From: Takakia lepidozioides
Taxonomy: Eukaryota; Plantae; Bryophyta
Assembly (NCBI GenBank): GCA_030704615.1
Contig: CM060733.1
Coordinates: forward strand, 17,856,001 to 17,920,000
DNA: 64,000 bases
Reading direction: 5' to 3'
The position numbers and the translations under genes are program-made. Below are positions 26,401 through 37,326 of the stretch, piece by piece. Numbering within the stretch: position 1 is the stretch's first letter; each line of letters opens with the position of its first letter. The notes beneath the pieces were generated by a model. It worked only from the letters and a program-made list of their open reading frames with translations, ran no database searches and was not told the origin of the DNA.

Positions 26401-26799
26401 TTGTCTCTCTCCTCCGGTGACAATGGGTCCAATGTCAGGCTCCCAATTGTCCTCCGTAACTGCAACCTTAAGTCCAGTGGGCTTAGAGGTAGAGGACGCG
26501 TCCCGTGGTTGCTATGCTGCAACCTCTTGAGCAGTATTCCCTTCCTGCTCAGTCAATGACAAGGCCTCATCCTGCCCCATCATCTCATCATTGAGAACCT
26601 CCTCATCCCGAGAAGAATCCCCAACCTCATCCATCACAGCTGCCTTGGCTGCCAACTCTCTCTGAACCTCGAGCACCTCCCACGTGTGCCATGGATGTCT
26701 ACACCCCGTGGTCCTCACCGGCTCGCCCCCACTCGCTGCCTGTACCGTCTCGGTAGGCAGAGAGACCGTCAAGGGAAGTGCACTCCGTACTCTACGTTG

Positions 26800-27765
26800 C
26801 TCAGCCATAGCCAAGCTGATAATCCAGGTCAAGCAATTGAGATCCATTGCTTGCCCCAACACCTGACGACATGATGCCTCAGAAAGAGAAGGCACCGCCG
26901 TGGTCCCAGTGGAAAACCCCATAGCCCGCTCTCGCTCGTCGGCATTAGGCTCCACTAACTGCTGCAACTGAGCATCCCACAGGAGGCCAGGTCCACCATC
27001 CCGAAAAGCATGGGATCCTGGGAAGCTGAGCAGTGTAGGTAATGCTGCTCGTGGTTGACCCACCTTGTTGACCACTACCAAAGGCGAACGGTCATCGTGT
27101 CTCACACGTTGAGACTGCCTTCCTGTGTCCAAAATGCCATCCACGGTGAGGTGTGCTGGCCGCTGCACCCCATCAAATGCACGCTTGAACAGTGCGGGTG
27201 GCATCAAGTTAGTCCACCAAAGCCGTGGACGATGAGCCCGTGACCCCACTGCAGCTGCATCCAGCAACACTGCTGACCCAAGCCACGACCGGACTTGATG
27301 CACATTGGCCATCACCCTGGCCCAAGAATCACCCATCAGTGGCACATTCTCCAAGATGTATGCTGGAGATACAGCTTGATGAAGCTGCAAGTGGTGCAAA
27401 ACCCGCACCATCTCCCAAAACAGACCCGTCCTCGAGTCTCGCAATCCATTGCCATGCCTGGCTGATGAATGCCCTTGGCAGGGCCAACCTGCCACTACCA
27501 GATCAATGGAGCCAACCTACTTCAAATCCGGCATCCCCAGCAATGAAATGTCTGCTGGCAAGGCTTGTTGGTATCCACGAACTGCAGACACTGGCAACAA
27601 AGCAGGGTACTGCTGTACCAACTAAGCAACATGGCGCAGTGAGACCCGTCGTGCAGTCTCATCCCTCTCCACATACAGGTAACGCCTTACCCGCACACCT
27701 GCCTGTAGCACAGCAGCCAATCCGGTGCTAATCCCGCCAAACAAGTCCAGAAGGCAAATACCTTC
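26800..27765 (-). pseudogene. DNMT3-like C5 cytosine methyltransferase domain inside pol (two in-frame TAG stops)
   Basis: Motif I LLDLFGGIS, II YVERD, III DISLL, IV IDLVVAGWPCQG, VI YILENV, VIII AHRPRLWWTNL, IX ERERAMGF..GTT, X RQVLGQAMD; all in one frame that continues into the start of RT. Confidence 0.92.
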
Positions 27766-28149
27766 ATCCGGATACTGCCACACAATAGGTGTGGTATCCA
27801 ATGGTGACAACTGAGGTGGTCTTGGTGCAATACCCGCACTCTCCTCCTCTCCTGACGGTACAAAAGCCTCTACCTAGGCTTGTTGCACCCGTCGATCAGC
27901 AACCTGCCGCAAATCCTTGCTCGTACCCCACAATGGAGTGTGAGCAACCATGGCAGACAACTCCGCCATATCATGCATGTCATCCTGCTCTGCTGGAGAT
28001 GGCACATCCTCTGCATGGGCATTGTCTTCCAGCAACTCTCCAGGCCAACTAACTGCAGCTGTAAAGGCGGCTAGTATTGGCATCTTGCCCCGTTGGGCAG
28101 CCGCAATACCCCCAATGATTGTCACAGGGAGCTGTGCACGACGACCATC

Positions 28150-28530
28150 CCCTGACTGCCAGGCCTGTAGAATGCTGACTCCTCCCAAAAGTCCAGGGTG
28201 AAGCCCATGGGGTATAACACTGCCCCACCAACGAGGACATCGTAAGAGACCGCGTCTGTCACAATGGCCTTGGCTCGCATTACTGAGCCATCGATAGGAT
28301 GATCCGGCTGTAGTCTAATGACCAACTGATGCCGTGTCATGCCCCGAGCCTGCTCTGATCCTCCAGAGATCTGTATATGGAAAGACAAGGCTCCATATCC
28401 ACCTCAATGAGGCCCAAAACCTGCAATAGCAGTTCTGCCCAACATAGTGGCTGAGCTCCCGAGTCCAACAAGACCCGCAGTGGAGGGTTGGTTACGTTCT
28501 GCTGCCGGTCCCTCAGAGAAAATGCCATAC
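28150..28530 (-). pseudogene. Gypsy aspartic protease (frameshifted)
   Basis: RVLLDSGAQPL catalytic motif and downstream SYDVLVGGAVL. Confidence 0.85.
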
Positions 28531-29148
28531 TGGTTGTCTAACAAGACAACTCCAGGTGTCACCATGGCGCGCTCAAAGGCTTGGCCTAGCTGGCAGCTCC
28601 GTCACCTGGCAGCTTACAGCTTGAAAGGGGCGCAGCATTGGCAGGTCTTGACCTCAAATCCGAGGATCCCTCTGCCACTACACATCCACTAACTCCGCAG
28701 AGATGAAGTGACCTCCCCACTCTCAAAGAGTGTTGCTGCTAGTATGAACACTGCAGCTGGGTCTTACCCCGGCGTCGCAATAATGTTGCCGAGAAACAGT
28801 GAGGCTTGACACACAGAGGGGGCTGCCCCCAATAACACACTGGCTGCACTAGTTTGGTATAGCATGTGTCAGTGCTGCACGGGTAGCTCTCCCCAATGGC
28901 ATAGTAACCTCCACCTCGGTAACTGTCGGGCGAGAACTAGGTGCCCATGAATGGCGTCGACACTGTCTCCGCCAATGTAAATGACTGAGGAAAGGCCTCG
29001 CCGACGGCTTGCACTCCCCACGCTATGGATCCAATTCCACCTGTGCACCTCGTGGCTCAGGAACTCGTGATGCTCCTCGAGTCACGGCTTGCAGCAGACT
29101 CCACCTGCTCTAGTGGTAGTGCTGCTCCGCACATGAATCCCATGCCTC

Positions 29149-30711
29149 CTATATCTCCTCCTCAGGAATAGGAGGTGGACCATCACGCCTGGGAGTCGGT
29201 ACCGCCTGAGCTGTAGCCATGGCAGCGAGCCTCTGCTCTAGCTGCTGAAGCCGGTTGGCCATGCCTTGGTGAACACCCTGACCTCCGCGTCCTTGGCCAT
29301 GTTGAGCTTGCCCTTGGCCTGCACCTCGTGCCCGACCACCTCGTCCTCTCTGGGCTGGTCCACCTCGCCCCCGGCCACCATTGTTCCCTTGGAACTGGCC
29401 TGGGCGCAACTCAGGATGCAAGTCATAACACTGGGCATCTCCATGCCCATACTTGCCACAATGCCCACACTGCAACTGTGCAGGCTGTACTTGTGCCGAC
29501 CTTCTGCCACTCTCTGGGCAATCTCTTTTGACATGGGGTCCTCCACATGTCCAACATATCACCCCTGGTTGCTGTTGGCCTGCAAAAGATGCCACGGGCC
29601 TCTGCACCTGAGGTCCCCTGTAAGCTCCATGGAACTTGGGTTGGGAAACCTTGCCCCCCTGACCACGCTGTTGGGTAGTCCCTTGTGCCTGTGGGCTGGT
29701 TGTTGCGCCTCGTGCAGGCATGTCCTTGCCAGATCCAATGGTAACAACTCGCTCCTCCACCATGTTGAGCTCAATCCGCTCAGCCAGCAGAAACACATCT
29801 GCTAATGTGGGTTGGGCTGCTTGTAACAGGGTTGCATCTCGCACCCTTCTCTTGAGCTCCTTGTCCAGAATTCCATACCAAAACTGGATTGCCTGAGCTT
29901 CAGTAACCCCTTGGGTCACACTTATCAAGCGCCTCATACGAGTGTACGCCTCTCGCAGGCTCTCACTGGGTTTGCGCTGGAAGTCTTGCAAACTTCGCAG
30001 CTTCTCTGTCCGTACACCTTGGTAGTTCCTCCGCAACTCCTGGAAGAACTCCACCACCGGGTTGAATCTAGGCACATGTGTTGTAGTCGTGGCAGGAGGA
30101 GTAGTAGCACCTTTTGAACTGGTACCACCTGCAGAAGTACCGGCACTACTTGCTCCACTACTAGTGCTGGCAGTGGGAGATATTGGTACTGATGCAGCTA
30201 CTGGTCGCGTCGTGCCTCGAGTAATGGAGACGTAGTTAGGTGACCAATACATCCTCCACTCCTCAATTTCTGCTTCATGTCCTCGCCTGAACTCGTGGTA
30301 ATCGTCCATAGGCGGGCCTTCTAAATGCTGGAACATTTCCTTCCACGCCATGAATGGGGTGAATAGCTGTGGATTGCGCATCTGCTGCAAATCACACCAA
30401 CTGTCGAACTCCTGGATAAAGTCATCCAACTCGATTGTGCCCACAGCTCCAAAGTACCTACGAGGCCCCTTGGTAGCTCCATACATCTCCTCCATGTCGT
30501 CCCACAACAATGGCGAATGAAACTGCACACCTGTTGATGAAGCCTCCGAGTCTGTGTCTGACTCTATAGTAGTTGAGGGTGGCGGTGAAGGTGGTCTGAA
30601 CCGAATACCTCGTCTTGTGAACCCACTCTCACTGTTACTACCTGTAGCCGTACTCCTCTCAAAACCCTTGGGTAACTCCGTGATGACACTCACAATGTGC
30701 ACCTCCTCCAC
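29149..30711 (-). CDS. Gypsy Gag with two zinc knuckles and an RGG-rich tail
   Basis: Capsid-like LQDFQRKPSESLREAYTRMRRL; CWTCGGPHVKRDC and CGHCGKYGHGDAQC; start codon uncertain. Confidence 0.88.
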   Translation of the reverse strand: MEEVHIVSVITELPKGFERSTATGSNSESGFTRRGIRFRPPSPPPSTTIESDTDSEASSTGVQFHSPLLWDDMEEMYGATKGPRRYFGAVGTIELDDFIQEFDSWCDLQQMRNPQLFTPFMAWKEMFQHLEGPPMDDYHEFRRGHEAEIEEWRMYWSPNYVSITRGTTRPVAASVPISPTASTSSGASSAGTSAGGTSSKGATTPPATTTTHVPRFNPVVEFFQELRRNYQGVRTEKLRSLQDFQRKPSESLREAYTRMRRLISVTQGVTEAQAIQFWYGILDKELKRRVRDATLLQAAQPTLADVFLLAERIELNMVEERVVTIGSGKDMPARGATTSPQAQGTTQQRGQGGKVSQPKFHGAYRGPQVQRPVASFAGQQQPGVICWTCGGPHVKRDCPESGRRSAQVQPAQLQCGHCGKYGHGDAQCYDLHPELRPGQFQGNNGGRGRGGPAQRGRGGRARGAGQGQAQHGQGRGGQGVHQGMANRLQQLEQRLAAMATAQAVPTPRRDGPPPIPEEEI

Positions 30712-30785
30712 GTCACACTATAAGGCTCTAGTATTAATCTAATAGTGACACGGGTGGGCACCTGTTGCAGTCTAGATCAAAAGAT

Positions 30786-32505
30786 TTTTTTTATTTTATT
30801 TTTTTAACACCCAAACGTTCTCGTCATTACAACCTGTTCCCAGGTTATCTACGAGTTCCCGAGGCCATTCCCCGACTATGCTGACTCCGGGAGCAACAAA
30901 GACGAAGGCTCTGCTCAGTTGAGCCCAATAGAAGGGGACGAAGAAGTCAGCGACATGCACATCTCTGACGAGCAATACTTCGCTGACGACCAGGCACTCC
31001 AAACCAAGTCCGCACGAGACCAGATAGTGACCACCAATGATCGCCCCAGGAAATGCAATCATACAAGACCGAGTTTTCTCCCCAGCGGACAAGCGGGTGT
31101 AGGTCAGCCGAGTCTTGTGGTAAGGTGAAGAGGATGCTAGGTGCATGAAGAGCTGGGTCCGATCAGCTGGCTAAGATTTGCGTTACAGATGAGATATAAA
31201 CCTCTTGAGTAGCTCAGGATGGTGGAGTTGGGTCTGGCATCGACTCGTTATGATTCATCTTCTGGCCATGGTTGGTCTCGATTTAACATGCGCAATACAT
31301 CTCCAGTATCATATTCTTGTCTTTTCGAGTCCTGGCAACCTCCCGGCTCAGCAGGTTCTTGCAAGTGCGTCAAAAGTCGGGTTTCTTCCAGTGCGTGTGC
31401 TCATTATCTTGCGCGGGTTGATGATGGGTTTCGTGCACCGGTCAAGCATGTCCCTCCCTATGCTTCATTCTTTCTCTTTTCGCAGGTTACAACTATATCT
31501 CCCTTTAATCCTCTCGCACGGTTGGGCAGAGAGTTGAGGCAGCTTCTTCTTCAAGAAATGTTATCTCAATCACAATTTGGGTCGTTGGACAGAGTATCCG
31601 AGTTGGCTTGTACATCTTTGAAGCCTTCCTCCTCTTCACAGGCCGCTTCAAGTGCTCTCTGTTTGCAGCACCTTCTTCCTATCTCTAAATCTCTCCCTCA
31701 GTCTAAAGAAACAGGATGCCCACAAGTAACCTATCGCATGCGACTTTCTGCTTAAAGCAAGATGGGTTGCATTCCTCCTGTTTGCTGGTGTCGTGGCCAC
31801 TTTCATGTGGAAGAGGGTTCCCCGTGCCCTGTCAAATCCTACCACCTTCTATCAAACCGACACCCGAAGTAGAAAGCAATCAAGTAGATTGGTTCCCACA
31901 TTGCCATCCGCATATTTTGTGCATGGCGATTCGGTGAGGCTAGACATTTCCTTGCTGAGCGAGGAAAAATAAGGGCGGAGAACTGCTCATGTCAAAAGGT
32001 CAAAGCCAAAGAGTTGAAACATTGTGCGAAGGGGGACTGCAGCTGGATGCTCTGGAACCCATCGCCAGCACTCTTTGCGAGGAGTCCATCCGTCACCATC
32101 CTCAAGAAGATCAACCTGGGCCACTCGAGAGTATTGAGAGTTCTTGAGGTAAATAGAGCTACCACACCTGGTAGCCAGGACATTGAAGCTACTATGATCG
32201 TTTAAAAAGTGGCTTGACACAAACCACGGCGTTTCTGCTGCCCTCTCCCACTTCAGCGCAACATTCAGCGTCCAGAGAGTGAAGTCCCTCTTTCCATAAA
32301 GGTAGACCTCCACGGTAAAGAGGATGAAATGCCCGCCACTTTCTATCAGCTTTCTGTCTTCGCATATGACTCCTATCCCAAAGTGCAGGCCTGTCGTGCG
32401 GACCTCAATCCAGACCTCTTGGTTTTCAAACTCACGAGCAGAGACGACAACTAAATCTGCGCGCACAGCCCATGGAAACAGCAGGGCCAGATGGACTCCC
32501 GCCCC
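30786..32505 (-). mobile_element. Probable 5'-truncated degenerate LINE inside the Gypsy 5' UTR
   Basis: A-rich tail on the minus strand (T run 30785-30805), candidate TSD AAGAT (30781-30785 and 32506-32510), remnants GGL..LNVALKW..TPW and zf-RVT-like SCMI..HYLVSC. Confidence 0.5.
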
Positions 32506-32572
32506 AAGATATATATTATAATAATGCTAAAACAAACATTGTATCTAGCTTAGCACCAGCACACTAGATAAC

Positions 32573-32588
32573 GCTCATCTCTCTCGAG
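32573..32588 (-). other. Self-priming-type primer binding site
   Basis: Minus strand CTCGAGAGAGATGAGC directly after repeat B is the exact reverse complement of 16 nt inside B (32777-32792); no TGG tRNA-type PBS. Confidence 0.8.
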
Positions 32589-32942
32589 TGATAAGAAAAG
32601 CTAAGAACACACTCTTAACACAAGAAACATGAAATCCATCTCATCATCACTCTTTCAGATAATAGTCGAGCCAGGGGCACCCCAAGCTATGGGGACTCCA
32701 CCCCACAACAACCTATCCTCCCATCATAAGTACACTCAGTTCTAGACGATGAAGGAGCTCGGTCGCGCAGGCTCAACTCGAGAGAGATGAGCTGCGCGAC
32801 TGCCGCTCTCGTGAAGATAAGACGGTTCAGGTGTCAAACTAAACTTGACACCTGATTTAACACTTGACCTAAATCCAAGTGTTAAATACAAATAACTAGC
32901 TTTATTCTAGTTGTTTTCACACTGTGCTTATTTAACTTGACA
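32589..32942 (-). repeat. Terminal repeat B, 5' copy (354 bp)
   Basis: Minus strand TGTCAAG...CTTATCA, directly flanked by the TSD. Confidence 0.95.
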
Positions 32943-33383
32943 TCTTCAAAGCTCTATGGGCTGTGATTGAAGTCGACTTTCTGGCGATGACTAATGATGT
33001 TCTCCTGTCCGGTTCGCTGCCTCCTCGACTCTCACAAGGAGTCATCACTCTGATCCCAGCTCCGTTAACACCCGCTTCTCACCAACTGATGGTGATGAGT
33101 CTGACACAAACTAAGCGCCCTGTCTGTAAAGCAAGATCAAAGGCCCAACTTTCATTCGAGCCTGCTCGTCGCAATAGAAGCAACGCTTAGCTCTCCTAGT
33201 TGCTTAGTTTTTATCTGCTTATCTCTTTGTAGTTTCCTGATAGGCTCTACCTCTGTTACTCCTGGTCACGGGGCTGTTTGTCCCCTTTTTCAGCCTCCAT
33301 GGCTTGTCATGAGAGGTTATTTTTTCCTCTTTTAATATATGGGCCTTCCTCGGGCCCTTTCTGCAAAAAAATAAAAATAAAAA
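32943..33383 (+). mobile_element. L1-type LINE, 3' part (RT core deleted) with poly(A) tail
   Basis: FKALWAVIEVDFL..LPPRLSQGVITLIP continues the ORF2 frame from 22616; A-rich tail 33365-33383. Confidence 0.8.
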
Positions 33384-34001
33384 TCCAGAAGGCAAACCTA
33401 GGTGCAACCCGGCGGTGCCTCAATGCATTTATGCCTGGTTTCAATTCGTAGGTGAAAAAAGTAGAGAAAACAAAAGAAATACACAGAAGTGTCGTTTTGA
33501 TATTGGAATCTACTCATACATTTTTTATTTATTTTTTCTTTCTGGGAAAAAGGACAGATGCATTGTACTTATAGAGAATAAAAACTTGTTGAGTAATACA
33601 GTTGGGCTGTGTTCTGGTGGTAAGCTACTGATGTGTTGGCCTGCAGGTCTGGGGTTCAAACTTCAAACCCTGTCATCTGTCTCTTTGCTTTCAGACTGGG
33701 GATCCGTCCCTGTAATGCCTCCATGGCTCAGCCCCCAGTTGCTGGGGCTGATGTTTACCTTGGAAACAAGTATATATGTACATGTATACATATATGTAAC
33801 TTGAACAATGATGTCCTCATAGTAAATCAAACAGCTCCGCATGAATTGTCGGTTTCAATAACAAGACCACCCATGGTTTTCTTTTTTTTCTTTTGTCTTT
33901 TGGAGAACAGGGGACAGAAGCTTGAAATTCTTGAAATGACCCGTTCAATTCTTAGTTATGAATCTTGTGGCCTGATGGTGACAGACTGTTTTTCTTTTTA
34001 A

Positions 34002-35087
34002 CCCTTAAGAGCCCGCCATTGGGCAAATTTCACCCCCTAAAAAAAGTAACCTCTAGTTAGTTAACGGAGGCTACACACCTACCCTGATACATAAAAAAAA
34101 ATGAACCTTACCAGGTTTATCTTGTCTACCATATACATCTACTCATCAAATTGTGAAAAAATTCACCATAAATCATGAGAGATTTTAGTGTTTTAGTGAG
34201 AGGGTTTTTTTTTTTTTTGGATTTTGTAAGTATAGAATTTGAGCTTTGACCAAACTATTTAGGTGATGGGTGGATTTTTCCTGCTCTTGTCTCCCACATA
34301 GAAATGTGGTATGTTGTCATAGCCAACTACTGTGGAAGTTTCAAATCAAACAATCTTTCCTTTTATTAGGGTCTTTTGTATGTGTTTGAGGTGAGGGTAA
34401 AATGTTCTTCATAACAACTAATTCAAAGTGAGCCCTCACAAGAAATCCACTCCCTGATAAAAAATAAAAAATAAAGACGTTTCACTCAATCGCTCTGGTG
34501 AGGGTGTGAAATGTAATACAATAGTGAGCCTAGAAAAAAAGAAACTAGATCCAACGGTACAATCTACAAATGTGGGCCCCCCGAGTGGGCCAAGTTACTT
34601 TTCTGCCCACATGCATGCAAATTACTTCTACTCCGGTAGAGGTTCCCGGCGACTATTGAAGGGCCACGTAGACTTTCAACCTCCATTTCAAAGGGAAATT
34701 GGTCGCTAGGTCCTGCAATAGCACCCGCGGCGGGTGCCATGAAGCGGGTAGGCTTCTTGTCATGGCGGGTGGACAGGGTGTGTAGTCCACCGCCGGCATG
34801 CATATGGCAATTTGACGACTAAACGTGTGCCAATTATATCTCGCCACGCAGATGGTCAACTCTGCGTGGCCCCTCCCCATGCTCCAATATTATGACCCCT
34901 GCGTTTTCTAGAAAATCTACATGTCAGAGAATTTATTATAATGTATTGCTTTCAATTTGAGAAGGTGGGTCATGTTGCCAGAATATTAATTGTAGTTGAA
35001 ACCATTGAAAAATATTAAGATCTGCGAAAAATAGAGAAAAAAATCTACTTCCTCAAAACCTGAATCAGGTCTTTTGGGCCTTAAGGG
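34002..35087. mobile_element. Non-autonomous TIR element, piggyBac-like
   Basis: TTAA|CCCTTAAGAGCCC ... GGGCCTTAAGGG|TTAA; no coding capacity. Confidence 0.7.
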
Positions 35088-35814
35088 TTAAAGTAATATC
35101 TAGCCAGCACTAAGATCTATTTATTTGTTATTATTCATTTATTTTAGAGGGAAATTACTTTTCATGCATCACCGTGGAACGGAACCGTCCGGTGGATTCC
35201 ACCGGCACTTTTGCACGTGTGTGACCCACTTCTTCCTCGCACCCTCCACTTTCCTGGTTTTTCGCGCGGTAACCTGTTCAGCAAGTCATGGCATGAAAAA
35301 TACGGGCTACTGTAAGTCAACAATGGAGAACGGACCCGTACTCCCACTGCCTCACTTTTGGTGAGGGCTCTGCTGCACGGGCCATGCCCCTGCACGAGTA
35401 TCGATGTCCATGAAAGTGCATGGAATGGGCTGCCTGAACCCGTTCTCCATTCGCGGTACATCAGCAGAACGGGAGAACGGGTCACATGGAAAGTAACCCT
35501 AAGACTAGTGCATGACCAACGGAATCCAGTTGTAGGGTTGTCAAGTGTTGCTTCAATACTGGGAGAAAGTAACCGTGTGGCTAACATTGATCGAAATCCA
35601 CACAAAAGGGTACAAATCAGAGTGGAGTGTCGTAGATAGATGATTACCTATGAATGCCAACATAAAAGATTTGGGCTAACTATTCCTTCATTGCTTAGAG
35701 GTTGATTATTTCACGGAATTGCTCTTTATGATTCTATTGACCTTTATGATTCTAGTGACCCATTCCGAATCTGGAATATGACATTGAAATAGGTCAGTAG
35801 AACTTAGCCCTAAT

Positions 35815-35950
35815 CTTTTATGCAACGGAACGGGATTTCTAGTGACTATTACAGTAGGTAAGATGCCGCCGCTCCGGCCTCACGTAAGGTTCGGCAGCAT
35901 CTTACTTGCTGTAATAGTCACTAGAAATCCCGTTCCCTATTACATAAAAG
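35815..35950. repeat. Near-perfect inverted repeat / hairpin (~55-bp arms)
   Basis: GGAACGGGATTTCTAGTGACTATTACAG...CTGTAATAGTCACTAGAAATCCCGTTCC. Confidence 0.9.
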
Positions 35951-37294
35951 TCAAGTCCCACCATTGACAACTATTGTCCTAAATTTGGCCACAAGGGTCT
36001 GATCTTTTCTTCAGATCTTTGCCTTGGCAAGTTGTTTGTCATTAAATGACGTGTTGTAGTCCCCTCGTACGATTTGCCTGCCTCTATGACATAAGCAGCC
36101 GCTTCTGTATAAGGACCCGTCCGCCATAGGCCGGCCTCAGCCATGTGCAGCACGCAGACAGACAAAAACGGCCCTCACTCGGCACTTGCATAGAACCTGG
36201 CGTTGAATATCCATCAAGTCTTTCAAACGTGACAAGAAACAGGTTTTGCAGTACAATAGTGGTAACGGCAGAAATCATTTCTACTAACGTCTGGGGAGAA
36301 CCGGCAGCCAGTTACATGCTAGCTGACTGAATTCCAGAATTTCCGAATGAAATATGAAACCTCAGGAAATGGATCCGAGGGAAAAAATGGCCGAAGCGGA
36401 AATCAACCGGGTGCCCTACTTTTAAGAAGAATATTTGCCTTTCCATTTCATTACAGACAGGAAATCTGCCTTAGTTGGCAAGGCCTGGACGGATTCCGGC
36501 CCTTCTTATATTACAAAAAACGGAAATGGCCGTCGAAGTCTGCCACATGGCAGAATTCCAACGTGCTAGGCCGGGTTAAGGGCGTTTGAACTCAAGAGGG
36601 CGGGCCGCAGGCAAACCCTACTAAGTCTGGACGTTGCTTTCGCAGCCCCAGCCCGCCTGCTTGCACTCGCTGCCTACTATCACAGCTCACCTGTCCACGC
36701 GGGTTCAATTCTTGGCCTCCATGTGGTTTGAAGGCATTGACAGGTCCAACTTCTATAAGGATACAATGTTCTTCACTTGTTTGAATTGCTTAAAACTGGT
36801 TGTGATTATTTATTTATTATTATTATTTACTTATATTTGACACTTGTGTTGTCAACCAGTTGATATTTATAAGGGCCGGATTTATAGCTGAACACAAAAT
36901 AAATCATTAGGAATATTACCGGTTGTAAAGAATTAATCTCGGAAATTGACCGGGTATAGTTACCACTAAGGGGCAGCAACCGACTGCCCAACCCACTTAG
37001 CCGATTGCTGCTGGGAATGAGCGGCTACTGGCTGGTTCAACTGACATTATTTCCCGGACGCTGATTTCTACCTTCCTATCCATCATTTGTTGGGAACATA
37101 GACAAGCTCAATTCTGTACCCCACATGGCATCATTTGTTGCATCGCCGCCTATGAAAATATTCAGTGGAGGAGGAGATTTGCTGCTGTCTTGGTATGTCG
37201 AACGTCAATGCTAACCCTCAAATCAGCACTCAAGAATCTGCTTGAAAATGGAAGACTTTACACTAAAGAATCTGAAATGTTTCTAACTCTTCTC

Positions 37295-37295
<1 letters not shown>

Positions 37296-37322
<27 letters not shown>
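37296..37322. repeat. (GA)n microsatellite
   Basis: Direct read. Confidence 0.95.

Positions 37323-37326
<4 letters not shown>

Larger units (their letters stand above)
22617..32942 (-). mobile_element. Ty3/Gypsy retrotransposon with DNMT and PHD domains, split direct terminal repeats and 4-bp TSD TCTT
   Basis: Domain order gag-PR-DNMT-RT-RH-IN-PHD; termini TGTC...GACA; TCTT at 22613-22616 and 32943-32946; removing the element restores the LINE frame GTG GAA CTC TTC AAA GCT CTA TGG (VELFKALW). Confidence 0.95.

Noticed and set aside
30796-32466. Possible tyrosine recombinase or env-like extra ORF that would explain the split repeats
   Set aside because: No R-H-R-Y catalytic pattern recognised; the A tail and motif remnants fit a decayed LINE better.
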